A DNA stretch of 64,000 nucleotides from the human T2T-CHM13v2.0 reference genome, Homo sapiens. Below, piece by piece: positions 24,401 through 43,468 of this stretch. Both the position numbers and the translations under genes were made by a program. The notes under the pieces are model-generated. The model was not told where the DNA came from, did not search any database, and saw nothing but the letters and a program-made list of their open reading frames with translations. The stretch lies in the NCBI RefSeq assembly GCF_009914755.1, contig NC_060926.1; one strand, written 5' to 3'. Position 1 is the stretch's first letter. Every line of letters starts with the position of its first letter.

Positions 24401-25590
24401 TTCTTCTCATGGTAGTTCCTTTTGCATATGATAAAAAATATGCTATACTAACTGGAAAAAAACACTGAAGGTATTGAATTTTGAACTTTTGAATATGGAA
24501 TATTTGCATCTGGAAAAGAAACATAACCATAAAGAATGAAATATAGGAAATTTCAATAATGATACTTTATCTTCTGAGCCATTTTTGAGCTTATGAAAGT
24601 GTTCAAACGTAGGCAAAAAGTAAAGAGAATGGTTCAATGGATGCAAAATATTCATCACACTTGCAAAAATAATTTAGAAATGGCCATATTTGCTTCATCT
24701 ATCTTTCATGCTCTTTTAAATGTATTGTACAACAAATCACAGACATCATGTTATTTCATACTGACATACGTCAATACGATTGAGTCATTGTGAAAGTTGT
24801 AGACCAAGATTGGTAATTATTTTTATGCCTTGCCATAATTTTTAAATCTGGTGGTAATAAAGTCTAAATGAATCTGTGTCCCAGGCTTAAACTGCTTCCA
24901 AAGGATGTGTCCCCTGATAGAGTAGGTTCCCGCATTTTTCCATTAGTGGATATAGTGGTTGACATCCTTGTATGTGGTGCACTGTCATGGTAAACCCAGG
25001 CCCATAACTGTAAACACCCCCTTTTATCTACTATGAATGCAAATTGTTAGAGTGGTAACCCTAACTCTGGACCTCCAGTAGCCAGTGATTCTTTGCACTG
25101 TAACTGAGAAAAGGTTTTTCCTTTCACCACAGTGCTGTACCAATTTGTACAGCATGCTGTACCCAATGTACACATTATACACAATGCTGTACCAATGCTG
25201 TATCAATTTGTTGTAACAGATCTGAAATTGCACAGTGATTGCAACTTCCATAAAAACAGAAGTTGTTGATTACAGGAAGAATAATTTTAAATACACCAAA
25301 AGCTCTTACTAGTATTCAAAAGAAGACCTGCAAGTAAAATGATCAAACACTGTATTTAAATATTTAGGTAAAATCTTACATTTTCATATGTCATGTGTCA
25401 CCAGATTCCCAAAAGTCAGGATGTGTTTAAATCAAACATTAGGGTGGAGAGCAAGGAAGTGGAGTGAAGGAGAAAGTTTTCTGGCCAACACTGTAGAAAA
25501 CACACTGTTATATCTTTGAAACTCTTTTTAAACCTGTGATCCTTTACGTTCTCTCTCTTTCATTCCTCCACCATGGCACCACCTTTACAG

Positions 25591-25763
25591 GTTGCCACAG
25601 TTTTGATGATCATCTCTCTCCCAACCAAGATGGTGGAAAAAGCAAAAACGTGGTGAATCTTGGAGCAATCCGACAAGGCATGAAACGCTTCCAATTTCTG
25701 TTAAACTGCTGTGAGCCAGGGACAATTCCTGATGCCTCCATCCTAGCAGCTGCCTTGGATCTA
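25591..25763 (+). CDS. UNC80: UNC80 coding exon I (173 nt, phase 1-0)
   Basis: Acceptor caccacctttacag|; CHSFDDHLSPNQDGGKSKNVVNLGAIRQGMKRFQFLLNCCEPGTIPDASILAAALDL; donor CTA|gtaagt. Confidence 0.96.
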
Positions 25764-25964
25764 GTAAGTTGGTGAAAGAATTTTCCCACCCTGCCCCCCA
25801 TCCCAAGTAGCACTATTAACAGAGGTAAGCATGATTCCCCAATTGTAATCCTCCTGTGTTTGTTTGTTTGCTTTTTCAGAATTAGTGATAAAAGGGGGAA
25901 GAAAGATGGTGAAAAAGGGAGAAAAATCTTAATTAATATGCCCTGGGAAATAGACTGTCTAAAT

Positions 25965-26175
25965 ATGTGAAGGCTCTGGAATCAGACTGACTGAGTTAAA
26001 ATCACTCTGACATTTACCACCTGAACCTCTGTAAAATGAGTGTAAGAGCAATAACAATACTATAGCTTCCTCCTCGGGCTAGTGCGAAAACTAAATGAGA
26101 TATTAGATATAAAGCCCTCATCACAGTGCCTGAAATACAGGAACTACACAATAAAGTGGGCCATTATTATTATAT
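25965..26175 (+). mobile_element. MIR SINE
   Basis: ggctctggaatcagactg...ctgtaaaatgag...aaatgagatattagatataaagccct...cacagtgcctg. Confidence 0.65.
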
Positions 26176-27819
26176 TATTGGTCTTATGTCTGCCATGTAT
26201 TAGTCCTTTAAGCTCACCAAGCCTTGATTTCATTATCCATCAATTGGAGGAAAAATATGAAGCAAGATCAATTGAAATGAATTGCACAAACACTTTGAAC
26301 ATTGTGTGCTATTATACACGTGTAAAGGATTAAAGAGTATGAAGTGGATCTTGGTTAGAAAGTGTTTTTATCAGGTAAATTAGGCCCACATGTGAGTTTT
26401 GAACTCAGCCTCTCAATTTATTTATCTTTATTTATAAAGTCTTCATATGATGCATAAACACTGGGTACAAAATACCAAGTAAACATCAGGAAAAAAAGTA
26501 TTTTATTTTAACTTTTAAAGAAGACAAACTGAAATAGATTTTTATTAGAACAAAAAACTTTAAGCCTGCCAATAAATGATCCTTTTTTCGGGTTTTATGA
26601 CACATGAATAAGTGACCAGTGGTCACTCATATTTTACCTTGGAAAATAATCCAAGCCTTATAATGTAATTCATGAAATTTCTCTGTGACATTTGCAGCTT
26701 TTGCTCTAAGGATATTTAGTGACCAGCAAGGTATGTGGCTTCACTTAAGGCTGAAATATTAATACCACTTATAATCACCCAAAATGATTGCTTTCCGTTA
26801 TATAAGATTTTTTTCAGTCAGTTTCTCATTATTGGGTAGTGACCTTTGAGAATTTTTTAAAAATTGCATCATGTTCAATGTGTGTTGATATGTGCCATGG
26901 TGACTGTAAAATGTAGAAAATCACAGGTCTCCAGGAGAGCTGGGGTTTGTGGCAATTAAACAATCAAAGTACAGTGAGATGTCTCTCTAAAGCAGGAGAG
27001 CTTGACAAGGCAAGGAGCCAATCCCCTGTTTTCTAGGTGGGATAGTGGAAACTTAGCTGTCACTCTTTTGAGTCCTGCATGGTTTGTCTTAATCACATCT
27101 TGCTCTGTTCCCAAAGGAGCAGATTAAAATAAATAAATGCAACAAATTCATTAGAAAAGAACAAACAAACACTTAAACAATGGAAAAGTATATGAACAGC
27201 CAGTCACCAAAAATACTAATAGTCAGTAAACTACACTTCATCTTACTTGAACTTAAGAAATGCTCTGTTAATTTACAAGTTAAAAAAAAGGAAAAAGAAA
27301 TACCTATTAAAATAGCCACAGATTCCTACTTTATAGCTCTCAGGTTGGCAATGATTTGAAAGTGCTGATATGAGTGGAAGATATCAGACACCACGTGCAG
27401 TGTCACTACTGGTGTAAGCAGCAGGATTTGATTAGGGGACAGAAGGAATTCTTGGACTAACTGGTTAATAATGAGAGCAGTGATGGTGAGTGGAGCACTC
27501 CTCAGCTCCTCCCTGAGTAGTAAGTAATTTTGGACTGTATATAATCGGGGAGGGAGAGTAGCAGTTCTTTACATATCAAATACATCAAATGGAAAGGGTG
27601 GTGGTATTTAGAAGCCCAGAGTCAATGTGAGTTATAAGATACTCACCATATAATAATTAATTAACTCAGCAAATGTCTTTTGAGGGATTCCTATGTGACA
27701 GGCATGGTTCTCTTAGTGATAACACAACAAAACTCAACTGGAGGGCTGCACCTATTTTTCCCTTTTTCCAATGAAGATTGTGTTTGTATAGTGATTTTTT
27801 TTCCGGATGTCTTAGTGTA

Positions 27820-28000
27820 CAGCATTCTAAGGTTGATTGATGAATGATTAGTATTTATTGTATGCCCACCGTGTTGCCAAAGGAAAACACTGAAGCTCAG
27901 AAAGACCGATTAATAGGCAGGACTACAAAGTCAGCAAAGGATGGAGCCAGACTGGAACCCGGGTCTATCTTCCAAGCCCTTCAGTTTTGTATTCTACCAT
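27820..28000 (-). mobile_element. MIR SINE fragment
   Basis: ggaaaacactgaagctcagaaag...ggatggagccagactggaacccgggtct. Confidence 0.55.
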
Positions 28001-29049
28001 ACTGACTCTCTTATTAAAATATTATGTGAGACCATTTACTTTAAAGCATGCAATAATAATAAATTCCATATTTTATACCCAATAGCTTAAACGTGGTTAG
28101 GAAAGTGAAGGTGACAGAGGCTGGTTGATCTCATAAGTCTCATGGTAAGAAAGAAAATGAAGGAGCGCTGGAGCTTATAAGCAGTGTCTTTTGAGCCATC
28201 AAGTAAAGAGGCATTTTCTCATTAGCATATGTGTCCACTGACTGAGTAGCCTGCATCTGGAAGTAATGAGGTCTTTGCCACTAGACTGGATCCAGTAGGG
28301 GTGAATGTACAGGAGGATCAAGCAGTGTGTGGGTAGTAGGAGTTCCTTTCATACCTGACAGTCTTTGATTCAAGGTCAAGGTCAAGCTGTGTGTAGTGTT
28401 CAGAGGTCCAAATTCCAGAGGTCAGAATCAATCAAGGGTTAAAGGAGCTCAGTAGTTCCCATTATGAGGCAAAAAGAGAGAGAATCTGGGTAGACATGAT
28501 TGGTTGGATAAAAGGCATAGGTGATGATGGTGGTGGTGGTGGTTGGCAGAGGTGTTGGTAGAGAATAATACTCATAACATTTTCATTATGCTTGATGGTT
28601 TATAAAGCACCTTCACATTCATTGTCTTATTTGTTGGTATGAGAGCAAAAGAATTAAGCCAAGAGATGAACCCCAAATAAGGACACACTTACAATCAGTT
28701 TCTCAGCTATGGAAAGTGAAGGAACTAAAGGGGCTGGTGAATTCTGACAGACTGAGAGGAAGGTAATGCAGCTATATGTCGTACGTGCTTGAATCAAAGC
28801 AGCATTTGGTGTTTACTGTCATTTGTACAGATGTGATAACTGCAATTGTTCATACCTATTGATCTGGGTTAGGGGTTCCTCAGGGTTATGCTAACTTTCA
28901 CTGATGTTTTCTGCTAAAGGTATTTTTAGCTTTTGTTTCCTTTGTATTTGGTTTCATCCAATATGTGATTCACCAACTTCCAATCTTTCAAGAATGCCTC
29001 AGTTTTTAAGTATGTTTTACGTGTTTTTCAATGCATTGTGGTTTTATTT

Positions 29050-29240
29050 AGATATATGTATATAATATAAATAGATGTAAATATAGAAATAAACATAGAT
29101 GTAGATATGCTAGGTAGATATGCAAATGAGGTACACATGTGGATCTAGATATAGGCACAGATACAGATATAGATATAGATAGATATACATATACAGAGAT
29201 AGATATACATATACACAGATAGATAGAGACATAGTTATAG
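29050..29240. repeat. (TAGATA)-type degenerate simple repeat
   Basis: Directly visible agatatagatatagatagatatacatatacagagatag. Confidence 0.75.
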
Positions 29241-30079
29241 ATTCCGCCATTTCATCAAATAGAATTTGGAGGAGGAGGGGAAAAATGAATGTGCTCAATT
29301 CATCATCATATTTCAATCTTGCATTTTCTCCCACCTCTCTTTTATTGTTTTGCTTTGTTACATTTATTTTTTAAGTGCAGCTTAAATACAATTTTTGCAT
29401 TTTGACATAATTTTATATTAGAATAGTTTCATTGTTTTATGTCCTTAAAAATAGAATTTAAATGTGATTTTTTTAAGATTGTAATTTTCTTCAGAATTAA
29501 AAAGAATTGTTAGATGAAAGAAATACTAGAAATGTCAGTGTTCAAAGTTTTGCTGACCTGTTTTTTTTGTTGGTTCTAAACAATCCTACTTTTATTATTG
29601 CTATGACCACTAAATGTAGGGATAATTGATTCAATTTTAAGTCCAGTACAGCTTTTCCTCACAATCTTTCTCTTTAGGGTTAATTTAGCAGATGCAACTG
29701 TAAGGCATTTTTTAAAAGACATATTTTAGAAAGGATTGATTTCATCTCTAGATTTATATAATCTGCAAGTACAAAACTAAAAAGAAAATAAAAAGAAAAA
29801 TTAAACAGTTCAAGCAAAAGGTATGTCTACTTCCTATATTTTTCAAGTGAAATAGTCTTTTCTTATTTATCCAGTTGAATTTGTAACATGCACAAGCAGT
29901 GATTTCTAATTTTTTGGTAATTTATTAGCATGAATAACACTAATACCAATGCCAGTTTGCTTTAGGAACAATTCCATAAGTATAAGACCATCCATAGGAT
30001 CATAGAATTCTCCCTAGTCTGTGAGTGGAGGAAATCTAATGTTAAATTATTGAGCCTCATAAGTAGACAGTTTTAGAAG

Positions 30080-30203
30080 GAGTGCATATATAATTCTTTT
30101 TCAAAATAGGACACTTTCAAGAGTGAAAGAGTTATCAATAATTATGTGAGGAAAAGAGACATAAACCAGGACTCTCCCAGGAAAAGACCTTCAGTTACCA
30201 TAG
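30080..30203. mobile_element. MER81-like hAT MITE
   Basis: ggacactttcaagagtgaaag...taattat...ataaaccaggactctcccagg matches the MER81 pattern. Confidence 0.55.
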
Positions 30204-30474
30204 GTCTAATTCACACTTACTTCCAGGCTTATTGCATCAAATATAATTCATATTGGGGCTTAACATCACAAGATATTTAATGATCAATGCAAATTAGGTC
30301 CTTTCAAGGAGATAGGAATGCATGAAAGAGGAAATATCTTATGATTCTCGTTTGAATCATAAGAAAATTAGAAATAATTTAGTAATAACAAAACTAAACT
30401 ATCAAATTGTCCTCTTAATCTAGTGGTAATGAATTTTTTAAAAAGAGTCTAACTATGAAATGTAGCATAAAAAA

Positions 30475-30606
30475 ATGCTTGAATAGTATTTCATTGTTTT
30501 GTATATGCCACATTTTCTTTATTCATTCACCTATTGATGGATACTTGGGTTGAATCTATGTCTTGGCTATTATGAATGGTGCTGCAATGGACATGAGAGT
30601 GCAGAT
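30475..30606 (-). mobile_element. Older L1 fragment (ORF2 3' end)
   Basis: gaatagtatttcattg...ccacattttctttattcattcacctattgatggatacttgggttg. Confidence 0.7.
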
Positions 30607-30622
30607 TTTAAAAATGAATATA

Positions 30623-31626
30623 CAGCAAAAGAAACTATCATCAGAATGAACAGACAACCTACTGAATGGGAGAAAATTTTTGCAATCTATCCATATGACA
30701 AAAGTCTAATATCCAGAATCTACAAGGAACTTAAACAAATTTACAAGAAAAAAAACATTAAAAAGTGGGCAAAGGATATGAATGAACCCTTCTCAAAAGA
30801 AAACATTTATGTGGCCAATAAACAAATGAAAAAAAAGCTCAACATCATTGATCATCAGAGAAATACAAATCAAAACTACAATGAGATACCATCTCACACC
30901 AGTCGGAATGGTGATTATTAAAAACTCAAGAAACAACAGATGCTGGTGAGGCTGTGGAGAAACAGGAATGCTTTTACGTTGTTGGTGGGAATGCAAATTA
31001 GTTCAACTACTGTGGAAGACAGTGTGGTGATTCCTTAAAGACCTGGAACCAGAAATACCATTTGACCCAGCAATCCCATTACTGGGTATATACCCAAAGG
31101 ACTATAAGTCATTCTACTGTAAAAACACATGCACACGTATGTTTATTGCAGCACTATTTACAATAGCAAAGACATGAATCAACCCAAATGCCCATCAATA
31201 ATAGACCGGATAAAGAAAATGTGGTACACATACAACATAGAATACTATGCAGCCATAAAAAGGAATGAGATCATGTCTTTTGCAGGGACTTGAATAGGGC
31301 TGGAAGCCATTATCCTCAGCAAACTAATGCAGGAACAGAAAACCAAACACCACATGTTCTCACTTATAAGTGGGAGCTGAACAATGAGAACACATGGACA
31401 CATGGACACAGGGGAACAACACACACTGGGGCCTGTCAGCAGGGTTAGGGGGGCAGGGGAAGGGAGAGCATCAGGACAAATAGCTAATGCATGCTGGACT
31501 TAATACCTAGATGATGAGTTGATAGGTACAGCAAACCACCATGGCACAAGTTTACCTATGTAACAAACCTGCACATCCTGGGCATGTACCCAAGAACTTA
31601 TAAAATAAAATAAAATAAAATGAAAC
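30623..31626 (+). mobile_element. 5'-truncated L1PA (about PA8-PA10), ~1 kb, sense to UNC80
   Basis: ORF2 C-terminal peptide [24 protein letters not shown], 3'UTR and (TAAAA)n tail; TSD AAAATGAATATA at 30611-30622 and 31627-31638. Confidence 0.92.
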
Positions 31627-32887
31627 AAAATGAATATATATCATAAGTACATAGAATTTAAAGAAAAAAATCTAAAAATCACATATCCATGACACAAAAC
31701 ATTTCCAGTTTCTGTGTTCCCTTACCTAATCACACACCTTTACCTCTGAGAAGATACTGCTCTTCTGAACTTTATTTTAATATCTTTCTTGTGCTTTATT
31801 TTACCACATTGGTATGTGTCTTTAGAGAATATATTATTTTATTTTGTTTTCATTTGTTTTGTCTGGTTTTGAAATTAACTTATAGGAAGTCATGCTATCC
31901 TCTTTCTTATTTGTTTAACATTATGTTTGAGTTCCTCCTTGTTGATGCATTTAGTGTTAATATGTTAATGTTTACTCATGAATGGTATTCATTTGTTTGA
32001 ACATACCACAATTTATATGTCCACTCTATGTTAGGTGAACATTTTAATTTTTTTCAAAATTCTGGCTAATTTTAGCAATGCCCTTATTAATATTTTTCTG
32101 TATGGGTCTCTATTCATATATAGTTTCCTAAATAAACCTATGAGTAAAATTATTGAGTTACAATTTTACTATATGATACCAAATTGTATTTCAAAGTAGT
32201 TTCAAAAATTCCAAATAAGTGCCAACGATATAATGAAAACTCCTGTTTCTCTATGTTCTTGCCAACACTGTATTGTCCAATATTTTTATTTTTAACAATG
32301 TGGTGCTTTAAAGTAATAACCTTTAATCTATATTTTAACCTAAAGCTTAAGAAGTCTTGTCATCAGTTTATTTACTATTTCTGTTTCTGCTTTGGTAAAA
32401 TATTTCATTTGTGTCTTTTGTTCATTCTCTTATTGGAAGATTATCTTTTATTGCTGATATTTAAAAGATTATAGGTGATGTCAATATTAATCTTTTTTCT
32501 GTTCATTACATTGCATCATCTCCCAGTGTTCAGCTTGTTTTCTTCTTCAATTTTTTCATACATTTTAATGAAGAGATTTTAATTTAATATAATTCATAAA
32601 AATTATCCTTCATGGCTAGCACTTCTGTCTTGAAATTCCAAGGTAGCAAAGACATTCTTATATTTTTCTCTAAAAGTATTAAAGATTAACTTTCACAATT
32701 AAGTCTTTATGTTTTATGTGAATAGTATAGGATAGGAATTCATTTTCTTTATTTTCTTTCATTCTCGTGGAAAAATAATTATCCTAGCACAATATATTGA
32801 CTAGTTAATGCATTCTTCTCAGATGTGCATTTCCATCTTAATCAAATGTCAGGTGTCCTTATAAGCATGATGTAATTCTGGGTTTTG

Positions 32888-32901
32888 GTTTTTTTGTTTA
32901 C

Positions 32902-32932
<31 letters not shown>

Positions 32933-33229
32933 TTTTTTCGTTTTTGAGATGGAGGCTTGCTCTGTTGCCCAGGCTGGAGTGCAGTGGCATGATCTCAGCT
33001 CACTGCAACCTCCACCTCCCAGGTTCGAGTAATTCTTCTGTCTCTCAGCCTCCCAAGTAGCTGGGACTACAGGCACCCGCCACCATGCCTGGCTAAGTTT
33101 TGTATTTTTAGTAGAGAAGGGGTTTCACCATATTGGTCAGGCTGATCTAGAACTCCTGACCTTAGGTAATCCACCCACCTTGCCTTCCCAAAGTGCTGGG
33201 ATTACAGGTGTAAGCCACCACGCCTGGCC
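32888..33229 (-). mobile_element. AluS with (TTTA)n tail
   Basis: Alu consensus on the minus strand; flanked by tgggttttg on both sides. Confidence 0.93.
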
Positions 33230-34531
33230 TGGGTTTTGTTTTATTCCATTTTCCATGTATCCTGAGTCAACCTACTCTGTATTAATAGTTAGAACTTAAA
33301 CATCACTTAGGCTAGTCGAGGCTCTTCGTTCTTCCACATGAAATTTTATAGTTAGCTTATCAGAGTCCATGAAAAATCATTTGATTTATACTTGGAATTG
33401 CATTGAGTCCACGGATATATTTAGAGATGATCGAAATTGAAATCTGAATTGATTATTGAAAAGTTCTATTTCTTCCTGAGACAGTTTAAGTAATTTTAAT
33501 TTTTTCAGTAGTTTATCAATGTAATCTATATTTTAAGGTTTGTTGGCATAAAATTGCTGAGAATACATTCTTATTAGTTCTAATCTTTGCAGTATCTGTA
33601 GTTACCTATTTCTATTTCTAAAATTGTTTCCAGTTTTTTAACTAGATGTACCAGTCATTTGTCTATTTCATTTTTTTAATCTTTCTATTGTATGTTCTCT
33701 AATTTATTAATGCTTGCTCTTATTTTTATTATTTTCTCTCATGCTTTGGGCTAATTGCATTATTCTTTAGTTAAGTTGATTACTTAGTTCATTGATATTC
33801 TTTTCTCTATTGTAAACTAAGAACTTAGCTATTAATTTTCCTCTAAGTACTACTTTAACTGCATACCATAAATTTTGATAAGCAGTATTTTTGTTTTAAT
33901 TTACTTTTAAGTACTTTCTAATTTCTTTAACTATTTCCTTTTTGACTCATAGGTATCTATATATGTGTGTGTTTTAATTTATAAAATCCAGGGTTTTGTT
34001 AGAAATCAATTTGTGTTGTTAATTTCTAAGTTACTGATTCTTCAGAATTAATTTAGACTTCCTTTATGACCTAAAATATTATCAGTTTTTATAAATGTTC
34101 CATGTGTTGTCAAAAAGAATTTGTATTCGCCACTTGTAGAACACAGTGATTGATATATGTACGATCAAACTCATTAATTGGGTTATTTGAATCTACTTTC
34201 TGATTGTTTTCTCACTGTTTGATCTATCAATTACTGTTAGTTGTGTTGAAATCCCTCACAATGATGACAAATACGTTCATTTGTATTTACAGTGATGACA
34301 TTTTTTGTTTTATTTATTTGGAAGCAAACAGGTTTAGAAATATTACGATTTCTAATGATTTGAACCATTTATTACTATCAAGTGGCACGCTGATTTTTAG
34401 TAATACTTTCTACCTTAAGATATGTTTTTCTACAAGGCTAATAGATAGCTACAACAATTTCATTAGGTTAGTATTGGCTGGGCATGTCTTTTTGCCAACC
34501 CTTTACTTTCAACTTTTCTATCTGTTTGTTA

Positions 34532-34867
<336 letters not shown>

Positions 34868-35198
34868 GGTTTATATTTAATTTTTTTCATCATTTAAACA
34901 ATTTTTTTCTAGAAAATTTAGTCTATTTGTGCAGATTGTGATTACTGACATATTTAGATTCACTTCTGTCATTTTTGCTTATTTATTACACTTTTTATTT
35001 TTTCATTGTGTGTGCATGTGTGTGTTTGTTTCAATTTCATGCCTCCTTTTAGATTGTGTTAGGGTTTATTTCTCTTGCTTTGGTATAGTTTCACATTTTA
35101 AAAGTTATTTTCCTTTACTGGTTTGTAGATTATTATATTCCCTTTATGTTTATAGAAATCACATACATATTTAACTAAAAGTCTAAAATCAATGAATT

Positions 35199-41416
<6,218 letters not shown>

Positions 41417-41461
41417 ATCAATGAATTCCTTTACTCTTCCCTCAAAAAATAAGAGGGTTTC

Positions 41462-41747
<286 letters not shown>

Positions 41748-42494
41748 TCAACCCCAATTGTTGTTCCTGTTGTTCAAGATTTAGTTCTATCTTGCTTTTG
41801 CATTAATATTCACAAATTAGACATTATTTGTATTGATTTTTAGGTAAATGAGTTTTAAATTTACTCCCCAAATTTAACATATTCTTTGTTCACCATTTTC
41901 CTTGCATCTTAGATATTCCTCCTAAGATTATTTCAGAAGTGTCTTTAGTGACAATCAATTGGCAGTAGATCTCTCAATTACAATTTAATTGAAAATCTCT
42001 TTATTTTGATCTCAACTTGAAGATACTTTTGCTAGAATTGTATTTATAGGCTGACATTTTCTTTCTACACTTCAAAGATATTATCTCATTCCTTTCTGGC
42101 TTAATTGACAATCCTTTATAGGTAATCTGCCCTCCTCCCACTGTAGTCACTTTGAATATCTTCTCTTTATTGTTTATATTTTGCAGTTTTACTAAAACGT
42201 TCTTAGCATTTTTCTTATTTGAGGTTCATTAGGTACTTGAATTATGTAATTGAAATACGATATTTATTCTAAAAATTCTCAACTTATCTTTTCAATATTG
42301 TGTCGTTCACATTTTCTTTAATCTTTCCTTCTGTAAATTGAAAATATATAAGATAGATCTTTTCATTTTATTTTCTGTTTTTGATAACCTCTCTTTCATA
42401 TTTTTCATCTCTTTGTCTCTATGCTAAACTCTGGATAATTTTATCAGATATATTTTCCACTTCACCTTTTCTCTTTTCAACTGTGTCTGATCCC

Positions 42495-42625
42495 TTGGTT
42501 CTCAACAAGGGGCAGTTTTGCCCATCAGGGAACATTTGACAATGTCTGGAGGAATTTTCAGTTGTCACAACTTGGGGATTGGGTAAATACCAAAGATGCT
42601 GATAAACATTCCATAATACAAAATG

Positions 42626-42717
<92 letters not shown>

Positions 42718-42762
42718 CATCTGACCCAAATAGTCAATAGTATTGCAGTTGGAAAAACCTGA
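42495..42762. mobile_element. MER20 hAT element containing a (CA)n(GA)n microsatellite
   Basis: ggttctcaac...gacaatgtctggagg...ttgtcacaact...gatgctgataaacattcc...atctgacccaaatagtcaatagt. Confidence 0.8.
42630..42715. repeat. Compound (CA)n(GA)n microsatellite
   Basis: Directly visible. Confidence 0.97.
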
Positions 42763-43052
42763 TATAACCTGTGTTTTAGTCTATCCATTGAGTTTTAACT
42801 GTGTTTTAGTCTATCCATTGAGTTTTAAGTTTCAAGTACTACATTTTTATTTGTAAAAATTCTATTTAAATTTTGTTTTAAAATTTCCTAATCAACTTTC
42901 ATCATCTAATTCCTTCATCATACTTTCGATACTCACATTTATCTTTAAATGTGTTTGATACACTACGATTCCAATCGCTGTAGTCTTTGTGAACTTCATT
43001 CTGTACTTTATTTCTTCTGACTCTTGTTCACAGTGGATTATTTTATGTTGTA

Positions 43053-43231
43053 CTTTTTATTGACACATAATAGTTGTGCACATTTATGGAATACTTGTGA
43101 TATTTTGATATATGTATACAATGTGTAATGATTAAATCAGGATAACTGGAATATCCAACACCTCAAACATTTATCATTTATTTGTGTTGGGAATGTTCCA
43201 AATCTTCTCTTCTAGTTATTTTGAAATATAA
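43053..43231 (-). mobile_element. L1MA 3' end fragment
   Basis: tttattgacacataatagttgtgcacatttatgg...caatgtgtaatgattaaatcagg...acctcaaacatttatcattt. Confidence 0.8.
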
Positions 43232-43288
43232 TGTAGCTCATTCCTTGGCACTTTATCTGTAGGAATTATTTAAGACCTGTGTTAGAAG

Positions 43289-43468
43289 TAGTGTTTTTCA
43301 GTGGACCAGCAACATCAGCATCACTTGTGAGCATGTGAGAAATGCAAATTTCCAGGCCCTACAATGGATCTACTGAATCAGAATATCTGGGGATGGAGCT
43401 AAGGAATTTATTTTATCCATCTTCCTAAGTGACGCCTAGGCTCAAATATGAAGGTTTGAGAAGTGCTG
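43289..43468. mobile_element. MER5A hAT MITE
   Basis: ggaccagcaacatcagcatcactt...agaaatgcaaatt...ctactgaatcagaa...gtttgagaagtgctg. Confidence 0.8.

Noticed and set aside
25008-25021. TGTAAACACCCC resembling the 5' end of miR-30
   Set aside because: No convincing pre-miRNA hairpin around it; probably a chance or forkhead-like motif.
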